Shown here: positions 21,776 through 32,819 of the stretch, piece after piece
How the letters are laid out: the number at the start of each line of letters is the position of its first letter
Numbering within the stretch: position 1 is the stretch's first letter
NCBI GenBank assembly: GCA_051546255.1
Contig: CP128819.1
Span: 372,001 to 436,000, forward strand
Reading direction: 5' to 3'
DNA: 64,000 nt
Origin: Meyerozyma guilliermondii
Taxonomy: Eukaryota
Notes under the pieces: model-generated
Database searches by the model: none
Told to the model about the DNA's origin: nothing
The model's input: only the letters and a program-made list of their open reading frames with translations
Translations under genes and position numbers: made by a program

Positions 21776-22360
21776 ATATACGTTTTACAGTAACATTTTG
21801 CATAGTAATTACTTTGCGCAGCAGACTGCGGCTCGCACATTCTTGCCTCAGAACATTCCACACGTGATACTATTAGCCGATATATAAACACGATGGCTGT
21901 GCTCCACAAATCAGTTTCCGCAAACAATACAGCCTCTTACGGTTCTAAAGATAGATTTCCAAGCTGAAAAAGTTCGCGCCAAGGCTTGGCTCCTACTCGC
22001 ACCAAGCCTTCGTTCACCGGTCGCACTGCCTGCAAACACCTGGGGAACGTCGAAAGCGCGGTTGTGCCTGCATAGATCTCGCTAAAAATAAGCCAAGCCT
22101 CAAAAAAAGGACCAGGGAAAACCACAGCAGTGATTTACCGTTCTCTTTACTTTGCTACTGATTGTATCTTTTCAAGCTCAGCGTCGTGTTTCCGTTCGGC
22201 GAGAGTCAATAAACAGTTCTAGTCGAGTTCTCAAAGTCTTTCGTTCGCTCAAAGATCAGGGATCATTTTGCTAAGATAAAGAAAGAAGAACTCCAGTCAT
22301 CCCAGCTCATTTCGACGAATCACCTCCCCACATAAACACACCACAGCTGATTGTACTACC

Positions 22361-24643
22361 ATGAAGTTATTCTTTCCGGTATTTTTGGTGTTTGCCCACT
22401 TGACTTGCGTTGTCCACGCAGCCCAATACTTGGGAACCTCGTCTCTTTTGACATGTATGGACAACTCCCAGTTCACCGCTTCACATTTCGATGTCAAGTA
22501 TTACCGTCATAACCGAAGCGTTGTGTTTGATGTCTCCGCTATTAGTAATATCAACGCCAAAATTGGTGCTAATATTAACTTGATTGCTTATGGACTCAAC
22601 ATCGTGCAAAAAAACATCAGTTTCTGTGACCTTGGCTACGCTCCCGTTTGTCCTCTTACAACAGGTCACTTGGAGTTGTCTTCATCATACAAAATCAGTA
22701 AATCGATTTCAAAACAAATTCCAGGTGTGGCTTTCACGATTCCTGATCTCGATGCTAGAGTCAGGGTCGTTCTTTACGATTTGAAATCAGGCGCAAGTTT
22801 GGCATGTGTGGAGGCTGCGCTTACCAATGGAAAAACCGTCCAGACAAAGTATGCTGCTTGGCCTATCGCAGCGGTGTCTGGTTTAGGGTTAATTACATCG
22901 GGTGTCGTGTCAGTCATTGGCCATTCCAATACTGCTGCTCACATTGCTTCCAACTCGATGTCTCTTTTCGTTTACTTCCAGTCGTTAGCCATCACATCAA
23001 TGATGGCAGTGGCTAAAGTACCTCCAATTGCCGCAGCTTGGGCTCAGAACTTCCAGTGGTCCTTGGGTCTTATTAGGGTCGGTTTCGTCCAAAATATCGC
23101 CAACTGGTACGTCCAGGCTACAGGCGGTACCTCCACTGATATTATTCGTGCCCTGCATCTCTCCATTTCTGTTCAGAAGAAAATGAAGAGATCCATTGAC
23201 TACTTGAATCAGCTTGTGGAAAAGACCAAGTACAATAACCAAATGATATTGTTTGACAAAAGAGATGGAATCACTTTGGACTCTGACAACTTCGGTTTGT
23301 CTGATAACTTAGATCCCAAGTTGTACACAACAGATGAGAAAGACCCTGATTTGAGTTCACGTATTCTTGTTCTTCGTGGAGTTCAGAGGGTGGCGTACTT
23401 GGCCAAAATTGAAATCACTGAACTCTTTATGACCGGTATTATGTTTACCATATTCTTCGGATTCGTCATGGTGGTTTGCTTGATGCTTTTCAAGGCTGTG
23501 ATCGAAATTTGCATCAGATCAAAGATCATGAACGAGGGTAAATTTAACGAGTACAGACAACAATGGTCGTTTATTATCAAGGGTGCTTTGTACCGATTGT
23601 TATTGGTTGCATTCCCACAAATTGCAGTTCTTTGCCTTTGGGAATTCTACGAACATGATTCAGCAGGAACTATCATCGTTGCAGTGTTCATGTTGGCAGT
23701 GTCTCTTGTTCTTTTGTGCCTGGCCACCATTAGGGTTGCTATCCTTGGAAGGCAATCTGTTAAGCAGTTCAAGAACCCTGCTTACTTGCTTTTCGGTGAT
23801 GGTGAGTTCTTGAATAAGTTTGGTTTCATCTACGTTCAGTACCGTGCTGATTGCTATTACTTCATTGGCTTCACATTGATCTACGTATTCCTCAAGTCCT
23901 TATTTGTTGCTGTGTTGCAAACACATGGAAAAGTACAGTCGCTTATCGTGTTTGTGATAGAATTGGTTTATATGGTGTTGGTATGTGTCTTCCGTCCGTT
24001 CATGGATAAGAGAACAAATGCTTTCAACATCACAATTGCAGTCATCAATACGATCAATGCCTTGTTCTTTGTGTTCTTTTCTTATGTGTTCAAGCAACCT
24101 CAGATTGTGGCCTCGGTCATGGCCATTGTATACTTCATCATGAATGCGGTATTTGCCTTGTTTTTGCTTTTGTTCACCATCATCACCTGTGTTTTGGCAT
24201 TGTTATACAAGAACCCCGACACGCGTTACCAGCCTATGAAGGACGACCGTGTTTCTTTTATTCCAAGATTTGACCGTCCTCAGGGTGCCGCTGATGGTAA
24301 GATCAATGAGAGGGAAGACGATATGGAATTGATGGCTTTGGGTGCAACAGCAATGAAAGGCCACGAGCATAGTGGAAAGCCTGTCCAGTACGAAGATGAA
24401 AGCGTATACGATGAGGAATCCTCCTTCCATGATCAAACTAAAAATCATCAGAACCAATTCAAGTCCAACGTCTATAATGACGACTCTTCGAACTCGAAGA
24501 GGGATTCGTACTATCTTGAGTCATTTGAGCCAACGCAACCAACTTCCACAATTGTTGGCAACCCTAACACTGCCATGGGTGGATACAACAAAGCGTACGG
24601 CAACCCTCAACAACAACGAGGAAATCGGGTGAACTTCATGTGA
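22361..24643 (+). CDS. FLC/TRP-like (flavin carrier family) membrane protein
   Basis: Signal peptide, ML-like N-domain (SSLLTCMDNSQF), VPPIAAAWAQNFQWS, multiple TM helices, YQPMKDDRVSF. Paralogue (FLC1/2/3) not resolved. Confidence 0.9.
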   Translation: MKLFFPVFLVFAHLTCVVHAAQYLGTSSLLTCMDNSQFTASHFDVKYYRHNRSVVFDVSAISNINAKIGANINLIAYGLNIVQKNISFCDLGYAPVCPLTTGHLELSSSYKISKSISKQIPGVAFTIPDLDARVRVVLYDLKSGASLACVEAALTNGKTVQTKYAAWPIAAVSGLGLITSGVVSVIGHSNTAAHIASNSMSLFVYFQSLAITSMMAVAKVPPIAAAWAQNFQWSLGLIRVGFVQNIANWYVQATGGTSTDIIRALHLSISVQKKMKRSIDYLNQLVEKTKYNNQMILFDKRDGITLDSDNFGLSDNLDPKLYTTDEKDPDLSSRILVLRGVQRVAYLAKIEITELFMTGIMFTIFFGFVMVVCLMLFKAVIEICIRSKIMNEGKFNEYRQQWSFIIKGALYRLLLVAFPQIAVLCLWEFYEHDSAGTIIVAVFMLAVSLVLLCLATIRVAILGRQSVKQFKNPAYLLFGDGEFLNKFGFIYVQYRADCYYFIGFTLIYVFLKSLFVAVLQTHGKVQSLIVFVIELVYMVLVCVFRPFMDKRTNAFNITIAVINTINALFFVFFSYVFKQPQIVASVMAIVYFIMNAVFALFLLLFTIITCVLALLYKNPDTRYQPMKDDRVSFIPRFDRPQGAADGKINEREDDMELMALGATAMKGHEHSGKPVQYEDESVYDEESSFHDQTKNHQNQFKSNVYNDDSSNSKRDSYYLESFEPTQPTSTIVGNPNTAMGGYNKAYGNPQQQRGNRVNFM

Positions 24644-24735
24644 TGAACAAACTACGAGCAACAACTACCCAGGAAAGGGTAGTCCAAAATACTGTACTTT
24701 AGTTATTATTTGTATTAGAAAATAAGAAAATGATT

Positions 24736-25251
24736 TTATATTCCTACTCTATAGCCAGTTGAGTCGTGTTGCTCGTTATATTTGTTTCCTTGAACATAGT
24801 CTTCGAGGTCGAAGTCATTATCTTCATCCCTAGTGGCATCGGCAACCACCTGAATAGGGTGAAATACTAGGTTCTTGGTAGACCGTGCTGTTGCCTCTTT
24901 CTTCTCTCTCACTCGATCCTTCATATCTTCAATTTTATCTTCGAAGGCTCCAATGCGTCTATCAAGACTACGGTCGGCTTCTATTGCAAAGTCTAGAGGA
25001 TCTTCAACAATTTCTTCCATGGCCAGCTGTGCAGTGGTTGCAACCAGTGCTACCTTCTCAATTATCTGGTTGAATACTTGAGCATGAACAATATTGTCAG
25101 CTTCATTTTTCAAAAGTTCAGCTTTTTGTTCATCTGTAAAAATTGAAGACGAATTGCGAAAAGTGCCAGAATTATCTGTTGCTGTTAGGTGTGCAGTCAA
25201 ATTGATATATAATGCTCCAGCCACGGGAAGAACAAGCAATATTGCCCTCAT
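24736..25251 (-). CDS. Hypothetical 171-aa protein with signal-peptide-like N-terminus and coiled coil
   Basis: First ATG at 25251 (MRAILLVLPVAGA); N-glycosylation sequons NLT and NSS; charged helical segment; fills the gap between two genes. Confidence 0.65.
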   Translation of the reverse strand: MRAILLVLPVAGALYINLTAHLTATDNSGTFRNSSSIFTDEQKAELLKNEADNIVHAQVFNQIIEKVALVATTAQLAMEEIVEDPLDFAIEADRSLDRRIGAFEDKIEDMKDRVREKKEATARSTKNLVFHPIQVVADATRDEDNDFDLEDYVQGNKYNEQHDSTGYRVGI

Positions 25252-25313
25252 TTGTCTTTTAGGAAAGTTAATTTTTGAATTTGCAGCCACAAATACAAAT
25301 GCAACACAATCGC

Positions 25314-26477
25314 TCAAAGTGTGTAGACTAAGATTTTATTGCGACCCTCAACATCCATTTGGCCCTGAACAGGAAACATTTCACCATTTTCGTTGAGAAT
25401 AAACTTTTGAAGCAGCAGTTCTTCTGGCTCAGGCATTGGTGGAATTCTGGATATCCTAGATTGATTGCTTCCAACTTCCTGGTAGTCGAAGTTGATATCA
25501 TCCAACAAGTTGAGCTTTGATATGTAGAGGGTTGTCAAAAACATGACGAGGTTTCCTATCCATAGAAAAGTGGATATTATTATGAAGGCTGTGATGGCTT
25601 TGCGAGTATTACACACACTTGAAGAGGGACACAGTTTCGAAACCACCTGGGACATCGCTATGATAAATGAAACAACTGTGATCAATGTAGCAGCCAAGCA
25701 GTAGAAACTACCATTCCGTTTCTCAAAATTGATTACCTGACATATAAAGAGCGAGGAGACAATCATGGAGATAGCTCCACCAGCAATAAAGTACCGATAG
25801 ATGGCATTAGGAATCGCATTGTCTGAATGGAGCAGAGTACTTGAAAGAATGATCAAGATCATTTCGCATATAATTTCGAAAATGTAGAGAAGCAAGTTCA
25901 ACGTGATGGTGATTTCTTTATCTGAATCAGCCTTCGAACCAACAAACTTACTGGCTGGTATAGAGACCAAAGGCTGGTTCATCACTTGCTTCACGAGATG
26001 CTGTTCTAATTCTTTCTTTCGAGAATTGGTGCTTTGCAAGTCACTAGTTCCGCTTCCCATAACCGAACCTCGGGTCAAGCCATAGTACTCTTTGGGTTCC
26101 TGAATTGGCGGAAGGTCCTTATTTCGATAGTCTACGCCGTCGGTAAGCGTATCATTGGAATTACGACTTGCATTGGGAACACTGGGGATAGCAAGTATTG
26201 GGTTGGAATTTGTCCCTGATAATGGATATGGTACGTCCCGATTTAAGTCTGTCGACACCACAGATGAGTTCATGTAATCGGAATAGATATCTGTTGGTAA
26301 ATACGGTTCAGAAGCGTTCAGATGCAGAATAAACCCATGCTCATTATTGGGATTGTAATCGCTGGAAGTTGGAGTTGGGTTTCGAGATCGGTTGCGTGGG
26401 ACCATCGTTCCAAACTCAAACCGAGACATATCGCTCACCACCCTCTCATCATGTATTTTGTGGGGGTCGAGGGTCAT
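25314..26477 (-). CDS. Uncharacterised membrane protein: long polar N-terminus plus four TM helices (MARVEL-like topology)
   Basis: First ATG at 26477; four hydrophobic stretches in the C-terminal half; Cys pair in the last loop. Confidence 0.75.
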   Translation of the reverse strand: MTLDPHKIHDERVVSDMSRFEFGTMVPRNRSRNPTPTSSDYNPNNEHGFILHLNASEPYLPTDIYSDYMNSSVVSTDLNRDVPYPLSGTNSNPILAIPSVPNASRNSNDTLTDGVDYRNKDLPPIQEPKEYYGLTRGSVMGSGTSDLQSTNSRKKELEQHLVKQVMNQPLVSIPASKFVGSKADSDKEITITLNLLLYIFEIICEMILIILSSTLLHSDNAIPNAIYRYFIAGGAISMIVSSLFICQVINFEKRNGSFYCLAATLITVVSFIIAMSQVVSKLCPSSSVCNTRKAITAFIIISTFLWIGNLVMFLTTLYISKLNLLDDINFDYQEVGSNQSRISRIPPMPEPEELLLQKFILNENGEMFPVQGQMDVEGRNKILVYTL

Positions 26478-26735
26478 TGCTAATAATCTAATCTGAAAAT
26501 CAAAACGGTTTCGCCATTTTGCACCCAAGTCCAAAAATGGAACAAACGAAAACAGGTCCCGTGCCGCCAGATGCAGGTCAACTTTTCACGGGACCCCGGG
26601 GCGTCTGCCAATCACAGCGCTGACAACCAACCCCCGGAGCTTCTTCCCGGAAAAACCCCTACACCAGTAAAGGGTAACTCGGAGCAAGGCATCGGAAACG
26701 TATATAAGCATTCGTGATTTCGAAAAATTATCAAG

Positions 26736-28076
26736 ATGTTGTCCAGAAGTATAAAACGCAGCATGAGCCACCTCCCACGTGCGGGAAACATGGCTAAAGT
26801 GTCCATGGCCCGTAATCTTACTTTGGGTGCCAAAACTGGTCTTCGTCCTGCCTTGATCGCCGGGGTCCAATCTGGCTTCAAAGTGTCCACTCCCATGGGA
26901 ATGTCCTTCAAAAGATTTGCATCGCAAACCGTAAAGGTTCCTGAGATGGCAGAGTCCATCACCGAGGGTACTTTGGCATCTTACAGCAAAAGCGTCGGAG
27001 ACTATGTCGAACAAGATGAGACCATTGCTACCATTGAAACCGACAAGATCGATGTAGAGGTCAATGCTCCAGTTTCCGGAACTATTACCGAGCTTCTTGT
27101 TGAAGTTGAGGACACCGTGGAGGTTGGGCAAGAGCTTTTGAAGATTGAAGAAGGTGCCGCACCTGAAGGTGGAGCTGCTAAGAAGGAGGAGCCAAAGGAA
27201 GAGAAGAAAGAGGAGCCAAAAGAAGAGAAGAAGGAGGAAAAGAAAGAAGAACCTAAGGAATCAAAGCCCGAGCCTAAGAAGGAAGAGCCAAAGAAGGAAC
27301 CAAAGAAGGAATCCAAGTCTGAGCCTAAGAAGGACTCCAAGTCGCAAGATCCCGTTTCTTTCACCAACTTTTCTAGACACGAGGAGAGAGTCAAGATGAA
27401 CAGAATGAGATTGAGAATCGCCGAGCGTCTTAAGGAATCTCAAAACACCGCTGCTTCTTTGACCACTTTCAATGAAGTCGACATGTCCAACTTGATGGAA
27501 ATGAGAAAATTATACAAGGATGAATTCTTGGAAAAAACCGGAATCAAGCTTGGTTTCATGGGTGCATTCGCCAAGGCTTCGTGCTTGGCTGCCAAGGACG
27601 TTCCTGCCGTCAATGCTGCCATTGAAAATAACGACACCTTGGTGTTCAGAGACTACACTGACATTTCTGTTGCTGTGGCCACTCCAAAGGGTTTGGTTAC
27701 CCCAGTTGTCAGAAACGCCGAATCGTTGTCTATCTTGGAGATTGAACAAGAGATCTCAAAATTGGGTAAGAAGGCCCGTGACAACAAGATCACCTTGGAG
27801 GATATGACCGGTGGTACCTTTACCATCTCTAACGGTGGTGTGTTTGGTTCTTTGTATGGTACTCCTATCATCAATATGCCTCAAACTGCCGTTTTAGGTT
27901 TGCATGGAGTCAAAGAGAGACCAGTAACTGTCAATGGTCAAATTGTTTCGAGACCAATGATGTACTTGGCTTTGACTTACGACCACAGAGTTTTGGACGG
28001 ACGTGAAGCCGTCATTTTCTTGAGAACTATCAAGGAATTGATTGAGGACCCAAGAAAGATGTTGTTAATGCAATAG
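26736..28076 (+). CDS. KGD2: 2-oxoglutarate dehydrogenase E2 (dihydrolipoamide succinyltransferase), mitochondrial
   Basis: Presequence; lipoyl IETDKID; K/E/P linker; catalytic YDHRVLDG. Confidence 0.97.
   Translation: MLSRSIKRSMSHLPRAGNMAKVSMARNLTLGAKTGLRPALIAGVQSGFKVSTPMGMSFKRFASQTVKVPEMAESITEGTLASYSKSVGDYVEQDETIATIETDKIDVEVNAPVSGTITELLVEVEDTVEVGQELLKIEEGAAPEGGAAKKEEPKEEKKEEPKEEKKEEKKEEPKESKPEPKKEEPKKEPKKESKSEPKKDSKSQDPVSFTNFSRHEERVKMNRMRLRIAERLKESQNTAASLTTFNEVDMSNLMEMRKLYKDEFLEKTGIKLGFMGAFAKASCLAAKDVPAVNAAIENNDTLVFRDYTDISVAVATPKGLVTPVVRNAESLSILEIEQEISKLGKKARDNKITLEDMTGGTFTISNGGVFGSLYGTPIINMPQTAVLGLHGVKERPVTVNGQIVSRPMMYLALTYDHRVLDGREAVIFLRTIKELIEDPRKMLLMQ
27180..27335 (+). repeat. Low-complexity [12 protein letters not shown] coding repeat in the KGD2 linker
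   Basis: Repeated AAG/GAA/GAG/CCA codons encoding KKEEPKEE and EPKK units. Confidence 0.8.
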
Positions 28077-28413
28077 GAATCTTTAGATCAATAATTTAAA
28101 TCGAGCAGTCATAAGAGTAGTTTCTATCAAGTATAATCTCAGCCTGCACACAGACACAATGCACGGTTAATTGACAGTGTTTACACTTGTACAAAATAGG
28201 CAAGTCCAGTTTTCGCATCCTTTTCGCTGATTATGGTGCCGCCTATTCTGCATTCACTTGCTTTTTCTTCTTCTTGATATCAATCCCTGAGATTCAAAAT
28301 TTTGCTTTCACTAATATATTTGCAAATAAAAGCTACGCTTGATTTCGGCCCCAGTTTAATACCTAATCGGTGCCGATCATAGAACTTTAAACGTTTTGTT
28401 TAACTCGGAACCG

Positions 28414-30240
28414 ATGGAACTGTTTGGGCAGTGGGAAGATCTGCCTATGGATGCGAGAGCGTCTAAGGCCCCGCTTCCTCACGAAGAATTTGACAACTAC
28501 TTTGAAGCCTACAATGAGATCGACAACCTATTTAACGAGACTTTGACCGGACTTCAAGACTTGGATGTTCCATCAGGATTTATGAATAACAATACTCGCA
28601 AAACACATCAGGCGAAGCACAGCCGCCAGCTTAGTGGAACTGCCATCTTTGGGTTTGCTGAACATACCAGAGAGCTTTCGTTAGGAGGTGGTATACTTGG
28701 TGACCTTCATCGTCCTAAACCTTCAACTGATATAAGCAAGTACATTTCTCCCGGCGAGATTTTGAACTTACACCAGCGAGCTGGAGAATCGCTGCCAAAC
28801 CTGGCAAAACCAATTCATTTGGCAGAGCAAGATGAGATTGAATTTGAAAACCAAAACCAAAAGGAACTGGAAAAGAACAAGGAGAAACTGGATTACCTTG
28901 TGACGAACAACAATCCAAAGTCTTACAAGTTTCCACCATCACCACCTGCAGATACTCAAGCTCCAGTCTGCAGCAGCACTCCTTCCATGAACAGGTTCTC
29001 TGCCAAATACTTGCAGGAAATCAACAGCAAAGATGATGGTTCAAAGCAGCAATATGTCGATGATATCGAGCCATTACTCTATGAGGCAAACTTTGAGGAC
29101 CCTTCTCCTTCTGAAAATGCTTCTCCTTCATACCAATACAACCATAGATCACTGAGGAGTCCAGAGCCTGTTTATAAATACGTTCCAATCCCAGCGCAAC
29201 AACCTCAAGGCGCCATTTTCAGACCTCAGCAGATTGCCTTGAACAAGAATCAGAACTCAATTTTACCTCCTCCTTCACCACCCACCTTATCCAATGGTTC
29301 ACCAGATTGGCAATCTTCGCCGGAACCGCAATCACCCTCACCTTCGAGGTCTTATATGGCACCAGGAGGAAACAGTTTGTTTTCTTCACCAGTCCACCAG
29401 CAATTGGGTCCCCAGCGTCAACTTTACCAGCCACAATTTTTCTCAGACAATGACTTGTTGTATCAAGAAGACAAGCAAAACTACAGCTCTCCTTATGCCA
29501 ACCAGGTTGCCCATGCGTTCAACTCGTCTCCATTAAGGAACAACATGACAAACAATATGTCAAACAATATGACTCCCACAAGACATATGGCTGCAAATGA
29601 TGACACTATCGACGCAAACGTAACCATATCTCAACTCACTCCCCTCAAAAGCCAGTTCCCAATGACTCCAAGAAAGAAAGATAGAGTTGGACTAGAATGG
29701 AGTCCTGTTATTTCACCCCATCCTCGAGTAAATACAACTCAAGGTGTTAGAGATGCAATCCAACAATCGTCACCCAAAAAGAGAGTTGCGAAAACTTCCT
29801 TGTTACCTCCAGGAGAGCTCGACCAGTATTGGGTAGGCCCAGATGAGGATAAACAATTCACTTGTACTTACCAGGATTGTGGAAAGAAATTTACCAGAAG
29901 ATATAATGTTCGATCTCATATTCAAACCCATTTGAGCGACCGACCTTTTGCATGTGCCTACTGTCCCAAAAAGTTTGTAAGACAGCACGATTTGAATCGT
30001 CATGTTAAAGCACACCTTGAAAATAGACATTGCAAGTGTCCTTGCGGTAAAGTGTTTTCTCGACTAGATGCTATGAGGAAACACCAGGCTCGAAATATAT
30101 GCTCTGGTGGAGTTTACAGTGATGACAATCACCATATTCTGAAACCGAAGATTCACGGTCGCCCCGAGGTGCTCGATGTACTTACGTCGGATCGTTTAAC
30201 TGAGGAGATCAATTCAGCTCTTAAGCAAGACTACGCTTAG
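28414..30240 (+). CDS. ACE2: C2H2 transcription factor Ace2/Swi5
   Basis: First ATG at 28414; LQDLDVPSGF and KHSRQLSGTAIFGF (Cbk1-site region); fingers CGKKFTRRYNVRSHIQTH, FVRQHDLNRH, CPCGKVFSR. Confidence 0.93.
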   Translation: MELFGQWEDLPMDARASKAPLPHEEFDNYFEAYNEIDNLFNETLTGLQDLDVPSGFMNNNTRKTHQAKHSRQLSGTAIFGFAEHTRELSLGGGILGDLHRPKPSTDISKYISPGEILNLHQRAGESLPNLAKPIHLAEQDEIEFENQNQKELEKNKEKLDYLVTNNNPKSYKFPPSPPADTQAPVCSSTPSMNRFSAKYLQEINSKDDGSKQQYVDDIEPLLYEANFEDPSPSENASPSYQYNHRSLRSPEPVYKYVPIPAQQPQGAIFRPQQIALNKNQNSILPPPSPPTLSNGSPDWQSSPEPQSPSPSRSYMAPGGNSLFSSPVHQQLGPQRQLYQPQFFSDNDLLYQEDKQNYSSPYANQVAHAFNSSPLRNNMTNNMSNNMTPTRHMAANDDTIDANVTISQLTPLKSQFPMTPRKKDRVGLEWSPVISPHPRVNTTQGVRDAIQQSSPKKRVAKTSLLPPGELDQYWVGPDEDKQFTCTYQDCGKKFTRRYNVRSHIQTHLSDRPFACAYCPKKFVRQHDLNRHVKAHLENRHCKCPCGKVFSRLDAMRKHQARNICSGGVYSDDNHHILKPKIHGRPEVLDVLTSDRLTEEINSALKQDYA

Positions 30241-30325
30241 CGATCATTTTTTTCATTGTCATAATTCATTTCTTCTGGTTCAAAATTTGTTATTCCTGGT
30301 GTTCGTTTAGTAATACACGTTCCTA

Positions 30326-32620
30326 TTAATCGTTTGTACTTTCTTCTTCGCCGTCGTTCTCAATTGCCTCCAACTTGTGGATTTTGAGATGCTGATTGAG
30401 ATTGTCACTTCTACTAAACTTCTTGTGGCATATTTCGCAGTCATATGGCTTTTCTTGTGTGTGAAGCGATCTAAAGTGTCGCTTGAGATGTTCTTGGCGC
30501 TTGAATCTTCGTGAGCAGTAGCTGCACACAAATATCTTGGATTCGTCAACAAGATCCGCTTCCTTGTTTTCCTTGCGTCCCCTTATCCGGTATTTAGACT
30601 CACCTGAAATAACTTCAGTATCATCCGGAAGATTCAAATCTTTGAAGTCAATTTCAACGTTTGTATCTTTGAGGTCTGGTGTCTGGCGACGAACATTGGT
30701 CTTTCGCTTGGACATGAGCTTGAGTCCCAAAATGCGTTTAGAAGCGTTTGCTATCCCCGTACTATGTACTTCGGAGTCTTGAGTATCGTGAGATGACCTG
30801 GAAATTTCACTGGCCAGCAGTAGACGGTCAGACCCAATGCTTAAATTGCTGTTGTCTGGATTGTTTGAGTTTTTTGCAGCAAGTAGCTCTCCCAGATCTA
30901 GTGATGGTTCACGCTTAATTTTACTTTCCATCGAATTGAGACTGTTGAATCCACTTTCACCCTCAGATACTTGTTCCTGCTTTACCTTCGATTGTTTCGC
31001 CTTGGTTTTGGTTACTCTTCGTTTACCAACATTTTGAAACAAGGCAGCGTAGTTGGGTTCTCGTTGCACATACATAGGGGGAATACTTTCCTCCAGAGGT
31101 GCTTGTTCCATTGTTGGAGGCATAAAGTCGTAATAGCCATCCCTGAACATTTGCTTTGCTTCCGTATCCATGTCGCTTGCATCCGGATCTGGTTTAACTT
31201 CGCCGTTCTTCATTTCTTGGTCGGGCCAAATGGCTCCAGGATCGACCGTTTCGTTCTTGGTTGGCGTCTTGAAGCGGGTAAATATACTCCTCTTCGACCT
31301 CTTCAGTTTCTTGTCGGAGAAATCCATTTCCGCAACTTCATCTTTGGGACTCATGATCAAAAACTCATTTATGTTGTCATTATTGGAATTCTCGTCAAGG
31401 TCTCCGGTAGATGTATCACCATCTTGATTTGTATTTACAATAGAAGGACCGTTGGATTTGAAAATGCTTCGAATAAGATGGCGCGATTGCTGGTCTTGAT
31501 ATGAAGATTTTGCTGCCGTGAATTTTTGTGGGGCTGGCGAAGAGGGCGATGGTGGTGTGGTTATTTTGGACAGCGCATCCGAAGGTCGTTGGCGATCATT
31601 CATGAACGGGATATAGTTGGAAATGGAGTTGGTGAAGCTACTATAGCGTCCATTTTGGCCACTTTCCCGCCGACTCAATGGAGTTGACTGTTGACTGTCA
31701 AGTGATGGACGCAATGAATATAAGTCCAAAGAGGGTCTATGCATTGCACTAGGAGGCCCCTGATCGACAGAATTGGCATTCAAGAATTGGTGAGCCGAAA
31801 AAAATGACGGTTGAGTCGAATGAATCGAGCCAGCCGATGGAGTAAGCGAATTGTTTGTGGTAAACGGACTCAATTCGTTCATATATGTGCCGTCATTGTA
31901 GTTCCCACTGGGTCCGTTGACGAAGGCTCCCAAAGTGGTCCCAGTGTAGCTGTCTATCGACTGATGCAGCGGACTCGGTCCATTATCACAACCAGACATG
32001 TTGCTATTCGAGCTATTTTGGGTGATACCTTCATTGGGTTGGTTTTGGTTTACGTCTAAGGAGAGTCCCTGGAGAGCTGTGAACAGCTGTGGGTTACCTT
32101 CGGGGCTACTCAAGTGCATTGGAGATGGACCATCCTGGGCCGGTGCCAGCGCAAGAACTGATGACTGGGAGGGAAACACAGGCTGAGAAAACTTTGATGG
32201 AAGAAACCCACCGTGAAGCGTTTTGCCTGCTGGCACAAACAGGTCTTCTATTACTTCATCATAGAATGCTCCGGGAACTTTAACGTGATTTTCCATAGGT
32301 AGGTCAAAGTCTTGCATGTACTGTGAATGTGGCGTGGCATTGACTCGATCTTCATCCATTGCCGTGCCATCGCCCATGTCTGTGGCTCCATAAAACCCAT
32401 TCTCCGCACCCCTGAACCCAGGCTCGTCACCCATATCATAGTCTGGGGCGGTTGAATTGACCTCGGGGTACGGCAGATTGGACCATTGGTCCACAAAGCC
32501 ATTGGGTTCGTGGCTGGAAGAAGGTTTTGCGGTTACAAAAGAGCCCCCAGTTTCCGAGTTGGTGCGCATCGGATCAGGATGTGATCGATCTCGCGACGGA
32601 AATTGGTATAACCTTTCCAT
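30326..32620 (-). CDS. MNL1: Msn2/4-like C2H2 transcription factor (Mnl1/Com2)
   Basis: C-terminal fingers [22 protein letters not shown] and [26 protein letters not shown] segment. Confidence 0.8.
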   Translation of the reverse strand: MERLYQFPSRDRSHPDPMRTNSETGGSFVTAKPSSSHEPNGFVDQWSNLPYPEVNSTAPDYDMGDEPGFRGAENGFYGATDMGDGTAMDEDRVNATPHSQYMQDFDLPMENHVKVPGAFYDEVIEDLFVPAGKTLHGGFLPSKFSQPVFPSQSSVLALAPAQDGPSPMHLSSPEGNPQLFTALQGLSLDVNQNQPNEGITQNSSNSNMSGCDNGPSPLHQSIDSYTGTTLGAFVNGPSGNYNDGTYMNELSPFTTNNSLTPSAGSIHSTQPSFFSAHQFLNANSVDQGPPSAMHRPSLDLYSLRPSLDSQQSTPLSRRESGQNGRYSSFTNSISNYIPFMNDRQRPSDALSKITTPPSPSSPAPQKFTAAKSSYQDQQSRHLIRSIFKSNGPSIVNTNQDGDTSTGDLDENSNNDNINEFLIMSPKDEVAEMDFSDKKLKRSKRSIFTRFKTPTKNETVDPGAIWPDQEMKNGEVKPDPDASDMDTEAKQMFRDGYYDFMPPTMEQAPLEESIPPMYVQREPNYAALFQNVGKRRVTKTKAKQSKVKQEQVSEGESGFNSLNSMESKIKREPSLDLGELLAAKNSNNPDNSNLSIGSDRLLLASEISRSSHDTQDSEVHSTGIANASKRILGLKLMSKRKTNVRRQTPDLKDTNVEIDFKDLNLPDDTEVISGESKYRIRGRKENKEADLVDESKIFVCSYCSRRFKRQEHLKRHFRSLHTQEKPYDCEICHKKFSRSDNLNQHLKIHKLEAIENDGEEESTND

Positions 32621-32819
32621 GTTCCAAAGTGTCTATACAACCGAGCAGAATTTGTTTTTAGAATTTTGTTGCGAATTGGCAATGCGGCTATGATAACCAG
32701 ATCTGCGGCCTACGGGTACCGTGTGCAGTCCCAAATCCGCGAACGGTTGCAAATTCATCCTATAATATAGTACATACTGTTACATTTCATTGACTCATCT
32801 CTGTCGAAAGCTTTCCAGC

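Noticed and set aside
28233..28413. Possible N-terminally extended Ace2 isoform, as in C. albicans Ace2L
   Set aside because: The upstream ATG at 28233 is out of frame and stops after 14 codons; the ACE2 frame is closed shortly upstream of 28396.
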